From IMG/VR virus record IMGVR_UViG_3300043478_000062, positions 1 through 47,018 of that record: a stretch of 47,018 nt of DNA; one strand, 5' to 3'. The notes beneath the pieces are model-generated. The model saw nothing but the letters and a program-made list of their open reading frames with translations, had not been told where the DNA came from and did no database searches. The translations under genes were made by a program, and so were the position numbers. This document shows, piece after piece, positions 34,831 to 43,996 of this stretch (within the stretch, counting starts at the first letter, position 1; each line of letters starts with the position of its first letter). The stretch comes from a virus (Duplodnaviria; Caudoviricetes).

Positions 34831-35054
34831 TGAGCGACGACTTCGACGCCGCAGGCTTCAAGGCGGTATGCGCCGCGCTCGGCATTGAGACCCGGGTCAT
34901 CACGGACGCCTTCGGGCGTCCCGACGTTGCCATCGACCGCGATGGCCTGAACAAGCTGATCAGGGCGGGCCTCCTTCCGGAGGACCCGTCGGGCCTGCCG
35001 GGCTTCCAGGCCCTGATGGAGAAGCGGCGCAAGGAGCGGGGCGAGAGCCCGTGA
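34830..35054 (+). CDS. hypothetical protein (74 aa)
   Basis: GGAGG RBS; TGATG coupling. Confidence 0.7.
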   Translation: MSDDFDAAGFKAVCAALGIETRVITDAFGRPDVAIDRDGLNKLIRAGLLPEDPSGLPGFQALMEKRRKERGESP

Positions 35055-35154
35055 TCTGGTCCCTGATCCAGAACCCCGTGTTCGTCCTGGCCGCCCCCTC
35101 CGGGGCGGCTTTCCTGTTTCTGATCCCGTACGCACTGTGGGGAAGGGGGTCGCG

Positions 35155-35370
35155 GTGAGCGCGAGAGATGACCTGACCGAGTACACCAATAGCTCCTTTA
35201 CGGCCACGGGCCGAGTGGAGATACAGCGCCTCCTGGAGGCCTACCGGGCCGAGGTGCTGACCGAGGCGGCGGGGGAGATCTGCCGGGAGGTGCGCACCCC
35301 GGCCATGGACTACGACGCCTCCCGGTGGAACCGCGTCGTAGATCTCTGCATCGACGCCATCACCCCCTGA
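35155..35370 (+). CDS. hypothetical protein (71 aa)
   Basis: G-rich RBS; GTG start. Confidence 0.65.
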   Translation: MSARDDLTEYTNSSFTATGRVEIQRLLEAYRAEVLTEAAGEICREVRTPAMDYDASRWNRVVDLCIDAITP

Positions 35371-35439
35371 AGCACGCCCCTCTGGCCCCGCGTCCTGTCC
35401 GGCGCCCGAGGGGCGTCACAATGTGAAAGGATGCCGCGC

Positions 35440-35721
35440 ATGAGCGAGCCGATCGACCCTGAGCGCTCCGAGGTGGAGCGCAACCTGTGGCACACCCTGG
35501 ACGAAGCGGGATGGAGCGCGGATCAGATCCGCGAATCCTTCACGGCTTATCGGTCGAGCATCTTCCGCGAAGAAGCGGCGAAGATCCGGGATGAGCACGC
35601 CAGCGAGCTGGCGAAGCGCCAGCGAGAGGCTATCCCTGAGATCATGGAGCGCGAGCAGGGATACTTGCACCAGGATCTGCTGACCGAGCTGACCGACCTG
35701 ATCGACCCCAGGATGAAATGA
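35440..35721 (+). CDS. hypothetical protein (93 aa)
   Basis: AAAGGA RBS; last gene of the rightward arm. Confidence 0.68.
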   Translation: MSEPIDPERSEVERNLWHTLDEAGWSADQIRESFTAYRSSIFREEAAKIRDEHASELAKRQREAIPEIMEREQGYLHQDLLTELTDLIDPRMK

Positions 35722-35758
35722 AGAAGCCCGGCCCCTTCGGGGGGCCGGGCTCTTCTTT
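35721..35758. terminator. bidirectional terminator between the convergent arms
   Basis: AGCCCGGCCCC-TTCG-GGGGGCCGGGCT flanked by AAGA and TCTTCTTT. Confidence 0.85.
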
Positions 35759-35769
35759 GCGTTGTGGGC

Positions 35770-36024
35770 CTAGTGGTCCACGTGCCACGCCTCGTGCCTG
35801 TCCACGCGCCCTTCAACGCGGTCCACGCGGGCGTCCATGCGCCCGTGGTCCCGCTCCTTGGAGCCCACCAGATCCCGGATGTCGCTGCTCAGCTCTTCCA
35901 GCTTCGCCCCGGTCCTGGCCCACTGGGACACCACGCCGAACAGCGACTTGGCCAGCCAGCTGAGACCGCCGAGAATGGCGGTCAGGAAGATCATGAGCAC
36001 CGTGAAACGCTGGTCGGGAGTCAT
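35770..36024 (-). CDS. single-TM membrane protein with coiled coil (lysis-associated)
   Basis: FTVLMIFLTAILGGLSWL TM segment; follows the holin; alternative GTG start at 36030. Confidence 0.7.
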   Translation of the reverse strand: MTPDQRFTVLMIFLTAILGGLSWLAKSLFGVVSQWARTGAKLEELSSDIRDLVGSKERDHGRMDARVDRVEGRVDRHEAWHVDH

Positions 36025-36026
36025 GG

Positions 36027-36209
36027 TCACTCCGCCGCCTTCGCCGGAAGGCGGTGCACCACCCAGGTCTTGGCCGCACTCAGTGCGGTGGCCAGGGGCA
36101 GGGCCCACCAGGTCCGGAGGCCACTGGCCTCCGTGACCAGCAGTGCCAGGCCCGCCTGTGCGGCGGTCCAGCCGGCGCGCTCTGCTATGTCGGCCAGGTG
36201 CCGTTTCAC
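36027..36209 (-). CDS. holin (r1t-like, 60 aa)
   Basis: DIAERAGWTAAQAGLA...ALSAAK pattern of r1t-type holins; two hydrophobic helices. Confidence 0.75.
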   Translation of the reverse strand: MKRHLADIAERAGWTAAQAGLALLVTEASGLRTWWALPLATALSAAKTWVVHRLPAKAAE

Positions 36210-36514
36210 GACATCACTACTGCGTCTGCGCGCACGGTGGCGCCCGTGCCGTCGATGTCGGTGACGTTCAGGCGCATCTGGAGGACGGGGGTGTCCACGA
36301 TGCGGTAGACCTGCACGCCGCCGGTGGTGCTGATGTCCTCCTGGCTCAGGGCGGTCCACCACGCATTTCCGTCCAGGGTCATTTCCAGGGCCGTGACTGA
36401 CGTGCCGTCGGTCACGGCGATCTGGACGACGTACAGGCGCGAGAAGGGCACCCGCACCGGAGTGGTGATTCCGGTGGTGGTGACGTTGGAGGCGAGGTTG
36501 ACGCTGGTGCTCAT
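36206..36514 (-). CDS. hypothetical beta-rich late protein (102 aa)
   Basis: Coupled ORF. Confidence 0.7.
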   Translation of the reverse strand: MSTSVNLASNVTTTGITTPVRVPFSRLYVVQIAVTDGTSVTALEMTLDGNAWWTALSQEDISTTGGVQVYRIVDTPVLQMRLNVTDIDGTGATVRADAVVMS

Positions 36515-36762
36515 TGCTCCGGCTCCCTGTAGATGTGGCGCAGGCGCTCTATGAGCGCTGCTGTTTCCCGGTCCAGGACCCCTGTGACCGGAGCCCTGAA
36601 GAGGCGCTGTACGCCTCTCAGGGACGCTTTGGTGGGCTCATCCAGCTCGCCTGTCTCCGTCAGGCCCAGGGCCCTCTGGGCCGTCTTCACGGCCTCGTGC
36701 TCGGGCGTCGAGACGGGGGCGATGATGTCCCTGGGCAGCCAGCTGACGCTTGCGTCGGTCAC
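36511..36762 (-). CDS. stand-alone peptidoglycan-binding domain protein (83 aa)
   Basis: VKTAQRALG...GELDEPTKASLRGVQ...VTGVLDRET three-helix PGBD pattern. Confidence 0.8.
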   Translation of the reverse strand: MTDASVSWLPRDIIAPVSTPEHEAVKTAQRALGLTETGELDEPTKASLRGVQRLFRAPVTGVLDRETAALIERLRHIYREPEQ

Positions 36763-36928
36763 GACGCTCTTCCTTCCTGTGGCACGGACAGATGCATTTG
36801 GCTCCGCAGAACTTGCACTCAGAGGGCATCTTCTGCCAGCTCACGGCGCCGTTGCCGCCTTTGCTGTTCTGGCAGTAGTCATGGTCGCCGTGGAAGCACG
36901 ACGTCGACAGGTACTCGTGCTCCCTCAT
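36638..36928 (-). CDS. Cys-rich small protein (STSCFHGDH...CKFCGAKCICPCH) with run-on C-terminus
   Basis: ATGA coupling to the tail gene; overlaps the PGBD gene by 125 nt. Confidence 0.6.
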   Translation of the reverse strand: MREHEYLSTSCFHGDHDYCQNSKGGNGAVSWQKMPSECKFCGAKCICPCHRKEERRDRRKRQLAAQGHHRPRLDARARGREDGPEGPGPDGDRRAG

Positions 36929-38865
36929 GATGTGATCACGTCGGCAATGGTGCGGAGCTGTACCCACAGGACGCCGCCGGAGACGGTGTCGTTCAGGCCG
37001 GGGGCGGCCTTCTGTTCCATCCTGAAGTCGTCAATGACGGCCAGGGCCGAGCTGTCGGAGGCCAGGTCCTGGAAGGACACGGCATCGCCCCCCTGGGCGA
37101 GCTGGCAGAAAGCGGCCAGCCGCGCGGCGGCGCGGCCCTCGTAGCCCGCGCGCTGCCCGGTCTGGTCGGTCTCGAAGTCGAACAGCAGCAGCGGGATCTC
37201 AAAGATCCGCTGCCGGGCCGAACCCGGCATGGCCTTGAACTGCCAGCCGGTGACAATCGGCCCCAGGGTGCTATCGGTGGCCGAGCGGTTGAAGTCCAGG
37301 CGCAGCTGCGCCCACTCCACGGCGGTGGAGGGGGCGGCCAGCAGGACGTCGGTGATGGCGGCCGTGCCGCCCTGGGAGACGGTCAGGATCGATGTGGTGG
37401 CCCCTCCGGGGTCCGTGACGGACGCGGAGACCGATCCCATGAGCCCGGCCGGGGTCCGCACGGTGAGGAACTTGAACAGCTTGGGCTCCAGAGTGCTGTA
37501 GCGCACCCTGCCGGTCTGGAGATACCCGCTGGGCTCCAGCGTGGAGGCCGATTCCAGGTAGGAGCCCTGGCCGACCACGGCGAAGACCATGCGGTCGGAG
37601 TTCCCGAAGTTGGTCACCGCGGTCACTGCCCCGGTGACATGGGCCTGGAGGTCGGTGGCGTAGGCGAACTTCGCCACCGTGCCTCCGGCGTCCTGGATGA
37701 TCTGGCCCAGGTCCACGCGCCACAGGCCGCTGGAGCCGTCAATGGCGCTGGTGCCCCCGACGAAGAAGAACCGGTCGTACGCGCCCACGCTCTTCACTCC
37801 GCCGCTGATGGTGATCAGCAGCGGCCCGTAGGCGATGTCGCCGTTGGAATCGATCTCCCCGACCCGGAATCCCCGGCTCGTGCCGATCCCGACGAACGTA
37901 CCCAGGTACACGGTCAGGCAGTTGACACTCTCGCCCAGCGGGAGCTGGGCGGTCAGGATGCCGCCGTTGGCCAGGGTGGGCACCGTGCCCGTGCTGTCCA
38001 GGGCGAACTTGTAGATGCCGGACTGCGAGCCGGCGGAACCGGCGGCGTAGATGGCGTTGGTGCCTTCGGCGAAGTCGCTCCAGGTCCAGGACGGGTTCAG
38101 GTGCGTGAAACGCAGATCGGCTCCGGGCAGGGCCGTCCCTGCCGAAACCAGCTCGTACACCTTGTTGCCCAGGCCGCCCATCAGGCGGCCCTTGACCCAC
38201 CGGATCGTGACACTGGCTGTTCCGGTGCTGTAGACAAGGGCCCCGGCGCCGTTTCCGGCGCCCTTGTAGATGCCGACGCTGTCGGCGGCGTAGTAGCTGG
38301 TGCCGTCCGAGGTCAGAGACCGGATCGTGTTGGCTCCGCCCCAGGTGATGGTCGTGGTGGCGGAGCCGGTGTCGGATTTCAGGACGTTGCCGACGGCGGA
38401 CCAGTAGCGGTCCGTGCCGTCGTTCCAGCCCAGCAGGAAATGACTGTTCGCCGAGGCGTCGGCCACGCGCTGCACGGCGGAACGCAGCAGCGTGAGCTGC
38501 CCGTTGGTCCACGGGTTCAGGCCCACGGAGTGGCCGTACTGGATCGTGTGGCGGTTCTGGAGATTGGCGCTGGAGACCTGGTCGGGGTCCTGGTAGAGCA
38601 GTCCTTCGCCGCCGATGAACGTGGACTGGCTGCGCAGCCACCAGCTGGCCAGGCTCTGTTCTCCCGGCTCCCTGTTGTTGTCGAACTGGTCTTTGCGGAC
38701 CGGAGCCAGCGAGATCTTCATGGGGCGCTCATCGCCGATAGCCGACAGGAACGGCAGTCCGCCGATGGCGTAGTCGTACTTGATCCCGGACAGGGCGTAG
38801 GTGGCCGCCCCGGCGGTGGCGGGGCGGGAGTTGAGCGGCAGTGGTATCCGGGAGACGATGTCCAT
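36925..38865 (-). CDS. tail protein, probable nozzle/tubular protein B (646 aa)
   Basis: Start MDIVSRIPL coupled to the upstream stop; beta-rich, propeller-like; podovirus synteny. Confidence 0.7.
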   Translation of the reverse strand: MDIVSRIPLPLNSRPATAGAATYALSGIKYDYAIGGLPFLSAIGDERPMKISLAPVRKDQFDNNREPGEQSLASWWLRSQSTFIGGEGLLYQDPDQVSSANLQNRHTIQYGHSVGLNPWTNGQLTLLRSAVQRVADASANSHFLLGWNDGTDRYWSAVGNVLKSDTGSATTTITWGGANTIRSLTSDGTSYYAADSVGIYKGAGNGAGALVYSTGTASVTIRWVKGRLMGGLGNKVYELVSAGTALPGADLRFTHLNPSWTWSDFAEGTNAIYAAGSAGSQSGIYKFALDSTGTVPTLANGGILTAQLPLGESVNCLTVYLGTFVGIGTSRGFRVGEIDSNGDIAYGPLLITISGGVKSVGAYDRFFFVGGTSAIDGSSGLWRVDLGQIIQDAGGTVAKFAYATDLQAHVTGAVTAVTNFGNSDRMVFAVVGQGSYLESASTLEPSGYLQTGRVRYSTLEPKLFKFLTVRTPAGLMGSVSASVTDPGGATTSILTVSQGGTAAITDVLLAAPSTAVEWAQLRLDFNRSATDSTLGPIVTGWQFKAMPGSARQRIFEIPLLLFDFETDQTGQRAGYEGRAAARLAAFCQLAQGGDAVSFQDLASDSSALAVIDDFRMEQKAAPGLNDTVSGGVLWVQLRTIADVITS

Positions 38866-40055
38866 CAGGTCGTTGTCTCCACGGTGCCGAAGATCTGGAA
38901 TACGTTGCCGTTGGCCCAGGTCCAGGGCGTGAGGCTGTCCAGGGTGCCGGTGCTGGCCATGGCCGTGGCGTCCACCCGGCCGCCTGCGGTGTCCAGCAGG
39001 AGATTGGTGCCGCCTGAGTCCACGCGGACCGTGACGGGCGCGGTGAGGCCCGAGGACTGCGTAACACGGCCGTAGCCGCAGGTCGCCTGGGTTCCGGCGA
39101 AGGTTGCGGAGCCGGTCAGGGCGCCGGGCAGGGAGAAGAGCCAGTTGTCCGATGTGGTGACTCCGGCGCCGAAGTTGGTCGTGGAACCGAAGGTCACACC
39201 CAGGGAGAACACGACCGTGCGGCCGATCTTGGCGTAAGTGCCGGTTACGGTGGCATTGCCGAAGCTGGGCAGATGCAGGCCCGTGGACGTGGTCCACGAG
39301 GGCGTCCAGGCGCTCCAGGCGCCCAGGGTCATATTGGCGGCCGTCAGGGCGCCGACCACATTGAGGGTTCCGTCCGTCTGGAGCGCGCCGACTCCGGCGC
39401 GGTACAGATTGGTGTCCCCGACGGTCACCCCGCCGGGTCCCCAGGTGATTTTCCCTGCGGCGTCGGTCAGGAACCGGGACTGGGTATCGCCCGTGGCCCG
39501 GGCCCGGTAGGCATTGTCCGTGGTGGCGGCCCGCTCCACCAGGATGTTGGAGCCGGTCCAGGTGGCGCCCCCGGTGAAGGTGGGGGCGCCGGAGAGGACC
39601 AGGTTGCCCGACAGGGTCGGGCCGCCGGTGAAAGTGCCGGACAGTGCCCCGGCATTGATGACCGGGGCCGTCAGGGTCTTACTGGCCAGAGTCTGGGCGT
39701 CGGAGGTGCCCACCACGGTGCCGGTCACGCCGTGCACGCCCGTGGTGGCGGCCTGGTGGGTCTGGTGGTCCGCGAAATCGCGGGCGGAGGCCACGTGGCG
39801 CACCACGGCGCCGATGGAGTGGGACTGTGCGCTGGTGCCGTCCGCGCCCCGGGTCACCGTCAGAGTGGTCCCGGCGGCGTTGGTCACGTCCACCAGCTCT
39901 TCGTTGGCGGCGCCGTAGTCCAGGGCCAGGGTGTACGGGAACGAGGTCGGGAAGCCGGTGGTGGCCTGCACCTGAATACTGGTGTTGGCATTGCTGATGC
40001 CGCCCGCCAGGGCGGTCTGCTGCGCCAGGCTGGAATAGAAGCGCAGGACGGGCAT
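38865..40055 (-). CDS. tail fibre/receptor-binding protein (396 aa)
   Basis: TLTVTRGADGTSAQSH, HGVTGTVVGT and WSAWTPSW...YAKIGRTV motifs typical of actinophage minor tail proteins. Confidence 0.75.
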   Translation of the reverse strand: MPVLRFYSSLAQQTALAGGISNANTSIQVQATTGFPTSFPYTLALDYGAANEELVDVTNAAGTTLTVTRGADGTSAQSHSIGAVVRHVASARDFADHQTHQAATTGVHGVTGTVVGTSDAQTLASKTLTAPVINAGALSGTFTGGPTLSGNLVLSGAPTFTGGATWTGSNILVERAATTDNAYRARATGDTQSRFLTDAAGKITWGPGGVTVGDTNLYRAGVGALQTDGTLNVVGALTAANMTLGAWSAWTPSWTTSTGLHLPSFGNATVTGTYAKIGRTVVFSLGVTFGSTTNFGAGVTTSDNWLFSLPGALTGSATFAGTQATCGYGRVTQSSGLTAPVTVRVDSGGTNLLLDTAGGRVDATAMASTGTLDSLTPWTWANGNVFQIFGTVETTT

Positions 40056-40056
40056 G

Positions 40057-40962
40057 TCAGGCTCCGTAGGAGAGGGTCTGGGGATTGTCTGCGAACATGC
40101 GCACGCGCTCTTCTTCCAGGCGCTGCTGGTACATGGCCATGTAGAACTGGGCCGTTTTCAGGGCGGCGCTGGCCGGCACCAGAGGTGCCCGCTCCGTGGC
40201 CTCAATGGAGGACTGCTGGAGCCGGGCTGGCTCCATGGCCGGGAACAGGCGGGCGCAGGCGCCCCACATCGCCAGGTCCACGCACCGCTCCGGCAGTCCC
40301 GTGGTGGCAGCGAAGTCGTCGCTGCCACTGACCAGGACCGCAGGCGCTTTGGTGTACTTCACGTACACCGTGCGGCCCGGGGTTACCGGGTCGAAGAGCT
40401 GGATGCTCTTCCCGGTCGGGAATGCGGTGGGGTTCGCCGTGGGGTTGAACCGGTAGTTCAGCCCCTGGGTCCACACCTGGGACGGGCCGATCGTCTGGTC
40501 GGCCACGGCCCATACGTCCAGGGCATCCGCTGGCATGCCGTACTCGTAGACCACCGAGACGTTGGTGATCTCGGTGGTCCCGAACACCACCAGTGACGGG
40601 TACAGGCTCTGGAGGACGTCGTTGACGGCCTCTTTGATGCGGACCCTCGGGTACTTCGGGTCCGCCGTGATCAGGGATCCGGAGACATGCACGGCAGCCG
40701 CCGTGCCCTCCGCGCCGCGGCCGTTGAGTCCCGCCATCACCCGGGCCACTCCGGAGGTCCGGTCGTAGCTCTTGACCAGGACCAGTTCATCGCCGATCTC
40801 GATCAGGCCCCGCGAGAGACTCTCCACCGTGTCCGAGGCCACGGTGAACTGTGTGTCCACCGCGGACATGTCGGCGGTCAGCTCCGCATAGGCCGCCTGG
40901 TCCTTGGTGTAACCCATGGCCTGCTGGCGCACCCGGGCGAGCAGGCCGTCGAAGGTGGTCAC
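40057..40962 (-). CDS. head-tail adaptor/tail tubular protein A-like (301 aa)
   Basis: Position after the capsid genes; includes an IEIGDELV...RG.EGT.AA.H module. Confidence 0.65.
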   Translation of the reverse strand: MTTFDGLLARVRQQAMGYTKDQAAYAELTADMSAVDTQFTVASDTVESLSRGLIEIGDELVLVKSYDRTSGVARVMAGLNGRGAEGTAAAVHVSGSLITADPKYPRVRIKEAVNDVLQSLYPSLVVFGTTEITNVSVVYEYGMPADALDVWAVADQTIGPSQVWTQGLNYRFNPTANPTAFPTGKSIQLFDPVTPGRTVYVKYTKAPAVLVSGSDDFAATTGLPERCVDLAMWGACARLFPAMEPARLQQSSIEATERAPLVPASAALKTAQFYMAMYQQRLEEERVRMFADNPQTLSYGA

Positions 40963-41240
40963 GGCAGCGGGTCCGCCTTCGAGAAGTCCCGCCCGTACGC
41001 GGCCCCGGCCGCATCGGAGCGCCGTACGGCGTCCTCAATCTTGGCTCTGGTGGTGCCGTCGGGCTGGATGCCCTGACGGCGGGCCTCGCGGTACAGATGC
41101 AGCTCCCGGTCCCAGTTCTTCTGAGCCGTGCCATCCAGCCCCCTGGAGGGGCTGGCCAGGTAGGTGCGCACGCCTGCGTCCCGCAGGCACTCGTGGTAGT
41201 TCGCGTGATCCCTGGTCCTGCACCCGGAGCGGCAGGCCAT
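40959..41240 (-). CDS. hypothetical late protein (93 aa)
   Basis: CRSGC...H..YHECL; coupled. Confidence 0.72.
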   Translation of the reverse strand: MACRSGCRTRDHANYHECLRDAGVRTYLASPSRGLDGTAQKNWDRELHLYREARRQGIQPDGTTRAKIEDAVRRSDAAGAAYGRDFSKADPLP

Positions 41241-41416
41241 CAGGCGCCGCCCACGGCGGGCTCACGGAAGGGCGCCGTGATGTGGCTGTCGTCGGCCTGG
41301 TGGCCGACAGTCTGAACCGGGACGCCGCTGACGCAGGCGTCCAGGATGGCCTTTTCGTCCTGGTTGACCAGGGTCGTGTTGCCACCGCCTCCGGCGGTGT
41401 GCTCGTGCTGGCTCAT
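41240..41416 (-). CDS. small hypothetical protein (58 aa, MSQHEHTAGGGG...)
   Basis: Not in the track; AGGAG RBS; TGATG coupling downstream. Confidence 0.65.
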   Translation of the reverse strand: MSQHEHTAGGGGNTTLVNQDEKAILDACVSGVPVQTVGHQADDSHITAPFREPAVGGA

Positions 41417-41423
41417 GACGCTC

Positions 41424-41702
41424 CTAGGCGGGTGTGAAGTTGGCTGAGGTGACGCCCACCCCGCCCGCGATGAGCGCGGCCTTTGTGGCGTCGTCCACGG
41501 GGTATTCGTGACCGCCCATGTAGACGGTCACCGCCGCCGTGATCTCGTCCTGAGAGGGGAACCGGACCGCCCGGTAAGTGCCGGGCGGTCCTTCCAGAAT
41601 CGTGATCCCCCGGTCCAGCCGGACCCGGATGAACAGGCGGTTCTCCCAGGACGCCGGGCCCTCGGTCACCACCGGGGGCCGCAGAGTCCAGGTGGCCATC
41701 AC
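41424..41702 (-). CDS. hypothetical virion protein (92 aa)
   Basis: Coupled ORF. Confidence 0.72.
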   Translation of the reverse strand: MMATWTLRPPVVTEGPASWENRLFIRVRLDRGITILEGPPGTYRAVRFPSQDEITAAVTVYMGGHEYPVDDATKAALIAGGVGVTSANFTPA

Positions 41703-42025
41703 TGCACGCAGATGATCTGCCAGTTGGTGCCATCGGACAGGAAATGCATGCAGCCGCTGGCGTTGGACGCCTTCACCAGGACGCCGGTTGCCCCGGCGGT
41801 CCCGTCGATGGTGGAGGTGGTGGACTTGACCGTGACCGCCGCGGAGGCGGAGGCGATCTGCTTGACGACATAGACCCGGCCCGCGTTGGACGCGGACGCC
41901 TGCGGCAGGTTGACCACCGAGGCGCCGTTGATGCTGACCAGAACCATGTAGTCCGAGCCGGTCACGGTGTACGGCGTCGCCGTAACTGTGGCCGTGGTGT
42001 AGGAGGTGTCATCCAGTCCGCTCAT
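41699..42025 (-). CDS. putative capsid decoration/minor virion protein (108 aa)
   Basis: Thr/Ser/Val-rich; LP.AS...GRVY.VK...SDGTNW motif; directly after the capsid gene. Confidence 0.6.
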   Translation of the reverse strand: MSGLDDTSYTTATVTATPYTVTGSDYMVLVSINGASVVNLPQASASNAGRVYVVKQIASASAAVTVKSTTSTIDGTAGATGVLVKASNASGCMHFLSDGTNWQIICVQ

Positions 42026-42039
42026 GGCTCAGTCCCCGA

Positions 42040-43032
42040 TCACGTGGCGTCAATGGAGCTGGTCGTCTCGATCCGGACCAGGGCCTCTTCGCGGAAGCGC
42101 GCCCAGCCGCCCGTGCCCAGCCAGCCCAGGGGCCGGAACCGGCCCAGCTTGTCCGTGATCGGACCGGCCACGACGTGGAACTCGTCGGCGATGGCCTCGG
42201 CCAGGGCCTCCTGGCCCGCGATGTAGGTCCGGAAGCGCCGGACCGAGTTGTCGCCGGACCCGGCATCCAGGGCCTGGTAGCAGCGCGGGGACTCGATCCA
42301 GTACACGCCCTCGTAGAGCCCGATCTCACCGAACCAGATGTTCCCGGCCGCGCTGTAGTTGTGCGGTTCCCGCCAGGAGGCGGCGCCCGTCTCCTGGCGC
42401 AGGTCGTGACTGACCTCCGGGTGGATCATTCCGCCGTAATTGGAATCGCGCTTCGGCACGGCCTTGTTGGTGCGCAGCTTGGCCACGCTCAGGCGCACGG
42501 CCCGGGAGGTGATGCCGTCGGTGGCCACCCCGGAGGTGACCGTGGAGACCATGGTCGTAGCCGCCGTGGACACGGTGGCGTTGGTGACGTAGGTCATCGT
42601 GCCGTTCTTGATCTGGAGCAGGTTCGACCCGCCGCGGATCTGGGTCTGCACCAGCACGTCCACCGAGTCCGCCATGTTGTAGGCGATCATCGACGCTGCG
42701 GCCGGGTCCACGTCGGTGATGCTGACCAGCATCAGCTTCCTGGTGCGGATCACCGGGTTGCCGTACTCGTTGATGGTCAGGGTTTTCTGACTCGGATTGC
42801 CCAGGGCAACCGCGTCCGGGTCGGTGGTCTCGGTCAGCGGCGTGGTCGCCGGAGCCAGATCCGCCCAGGTGCTCAGCACCATGGAAGAGCCGGGGGCAGT
42901 CAGGTCGGTGGGATGCACGTCCGCCAGCTGGCGGAACATCGGATGGGCGCGGAGCGCGAAGCGGAAACTCTTGTCGTATGCGGTCTGCACTGCGTTGGAC
43001 AGTGCAGTCGTGTCCGTGAAGACGTTGGCCAT
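42040..43032 (-). CDS. major capsid protein (N4-gp56-like, 330 aa)
   Basis: EYGN, IHPEVSHDLR, GEIGLYEGV and DKLGRFRPLGW motifs; follows the scaffold. Confidence 0.9.
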   Translation of the reverse strand: MANVFTDTTALSNAVQTAYDKSFRFALRAHPMFRQLADVHPTDLTAPGSSMVLSTWADLAPATTPLTETTDPDAVALGNPSQKTLTINEYGNPVIRTRKLMLVSITDVDPAAASMIAYNMADSVDVLVQTQIRGGSNLLQIKNGTMTYVTNATVSTAATTMVSTVTSGVATDGITSRAVRLSVAKLRTNKAVPKRDSNYGGMIHPEVSHDLRQETGAASWREPHNYSAAGNIWFGEIGLYEGVYWIESPRCYQALDAGSGDNSVRRFRTYIAGQEALAEAIADEFHVVAGPITDKLGRFRPLGWLGTGGWARFREEALVRIETTSSIDAT

Positions 43033-43091
43033 GCGGGTCTCTCACCCTCTCGGGGTGTCGCAGAAGTCGGGGAGAGAGAGCCCGGCAGGAT

Positions 43092-43601
43092 TCAGAAGCG
43101 GCGGTTCCCGGCGTCACGCATGATGGCGTCGAACTCCTCTTTGGAGCTCGCGGCGTTCATCCGTGCCACCAGGGCCTCCTCGCCCGTCAGGGCGATGGCT
43201 CCATCGGTTCCGGCGGCGCTGAACGCCGCCATGGCTGCCTGGCTCTCGGCCGGAATAACGGACTGCGGCGCGCCCTGCGCGCCCTGTCCCGCCTCGCCGG
43301 CGGCGGCGCCGTCGGCCTTGGCGAGCCCGGCACCGTAGGTGCCCAGCCAGTCGTCCAGCTTGCCGGGCTCACCCGTGTACAGGTCGGCGACCTGCGGGGC
43401 GTAGCCCTTCGCCGTGAGCGTGGTCCTGACTTCCTGCTGGCGCTGGCTGCTCTCCAGGGCGTCGTTCCTGTCCTGAAGGGCCTTGAGCTGCTGCGAGACC
43501 TTGTCCATGTAGTCGCGGTAGAACTTGGGTGCTACCGCGCCTTCCTGGCCCTGAGGCTCGCCCTGCTCGCTTTCTGCGCCGAAGCCGTACATCTCGCTCA
43601 C
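43092..43601 (-). CDS. capsid scaffolding protein (169 aa)
   Basis: Coiled coil, acidic, directly upstream of the capsid gene; GTG with GGGAG RBS. Confidence 0.75.
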   Translation of the reverse strand: MSEMYGFGAESEQGEPQGQEGAVAPKFYRDYMDKVSQQLKALQDRNDALESSQRQQEVRTTLTAKGYAPQVADLYTGEPGKLDDWLGTYGAGLAKADGAAAGEAGQGAQGAPQSVIPAESQAAMAAFSAAGTDGAIALTGEEALVARMNAASSKEEFDAIMRDAGNRRF

Positions 43602-43709
43602 TGCGTTCTCCCTGGTCTGCCGTGGCCTGCTCACCCTTCGGGGAAGGGGTTCGCGCTCCACTCCCGGACTTCTCGGCCAGAGGGCCGGTCGTTCCCCTGA
43701 CTAGAACAG

Positions 43710-43742
43710 GTTATACCCGAGCGCTAGCGCTTTAGTGCTAGC
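43710..43742 (-). promoter_or_regulatory. late promoter candidate: TATAAC -10 with GCTAGC-N8-GCTAGC over the -35 position
   Basis: GTTATA at 43710-43715; motif at 43723-43742. Confidence 0.58.
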
Positions 43743-43801
43743 GCCTGCGCAGGGGTAGCGCGCAGCGCTACGCTGCGACCACCGAGCAAGGGGGGAAGGG
43801 T

Positions 43802-43960
43802 ATGGAGGGAGCGGGCTGGACCCGTGTGGCGGTGGGCCTGGGGGGCCTCGCCATCGGGGCGATCGTCAGCATCTTCACGAGCCAGAACTACGTCGGCGGC
43901 CCCATTACGGCCGCCGTCTTCGGGGCAGCGGCAGCCCGCTGCTGGTACCTGGGCGGATAG
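43802..43960 (+). CDS. small two-TM membrane protein (52 aa) on the strand opposite the late genes
   Basis: MEGAGWTRVAVGLGGLAIGAIVSIF...PITAAVFGAAAARCWYLGG; purine-rich RBS; not in the track. Confidence 0.62.
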   Translation: MEGAGWTRVAVGLGGLAIGAIVSIFTSQNYVGGPITAAVFGAAAARCWYLGG

Positions 43961-43961
43961 C

Positions 43962-43996
43962 GCGAAGTCCCCGACCGGAGTCGGGGGCTAAGTCGC
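43962..43996. terminator. hairpin between convergent genes
   Basis: CCCCGAC-CGGA-GTCGGGG. Confidence 0.55.

Noticed and set aside
38866-39297. N-terminal extension of the 790-aa tail ORF
   Set aside because: Overlaps the tail fibre gene in another frame; the coupled ATG at 38865 is the better start
42026-42042. Capsid stop read-through into the downstream 108-aa gene
   Set aside because: Not in frame, and no clear slippery site seen
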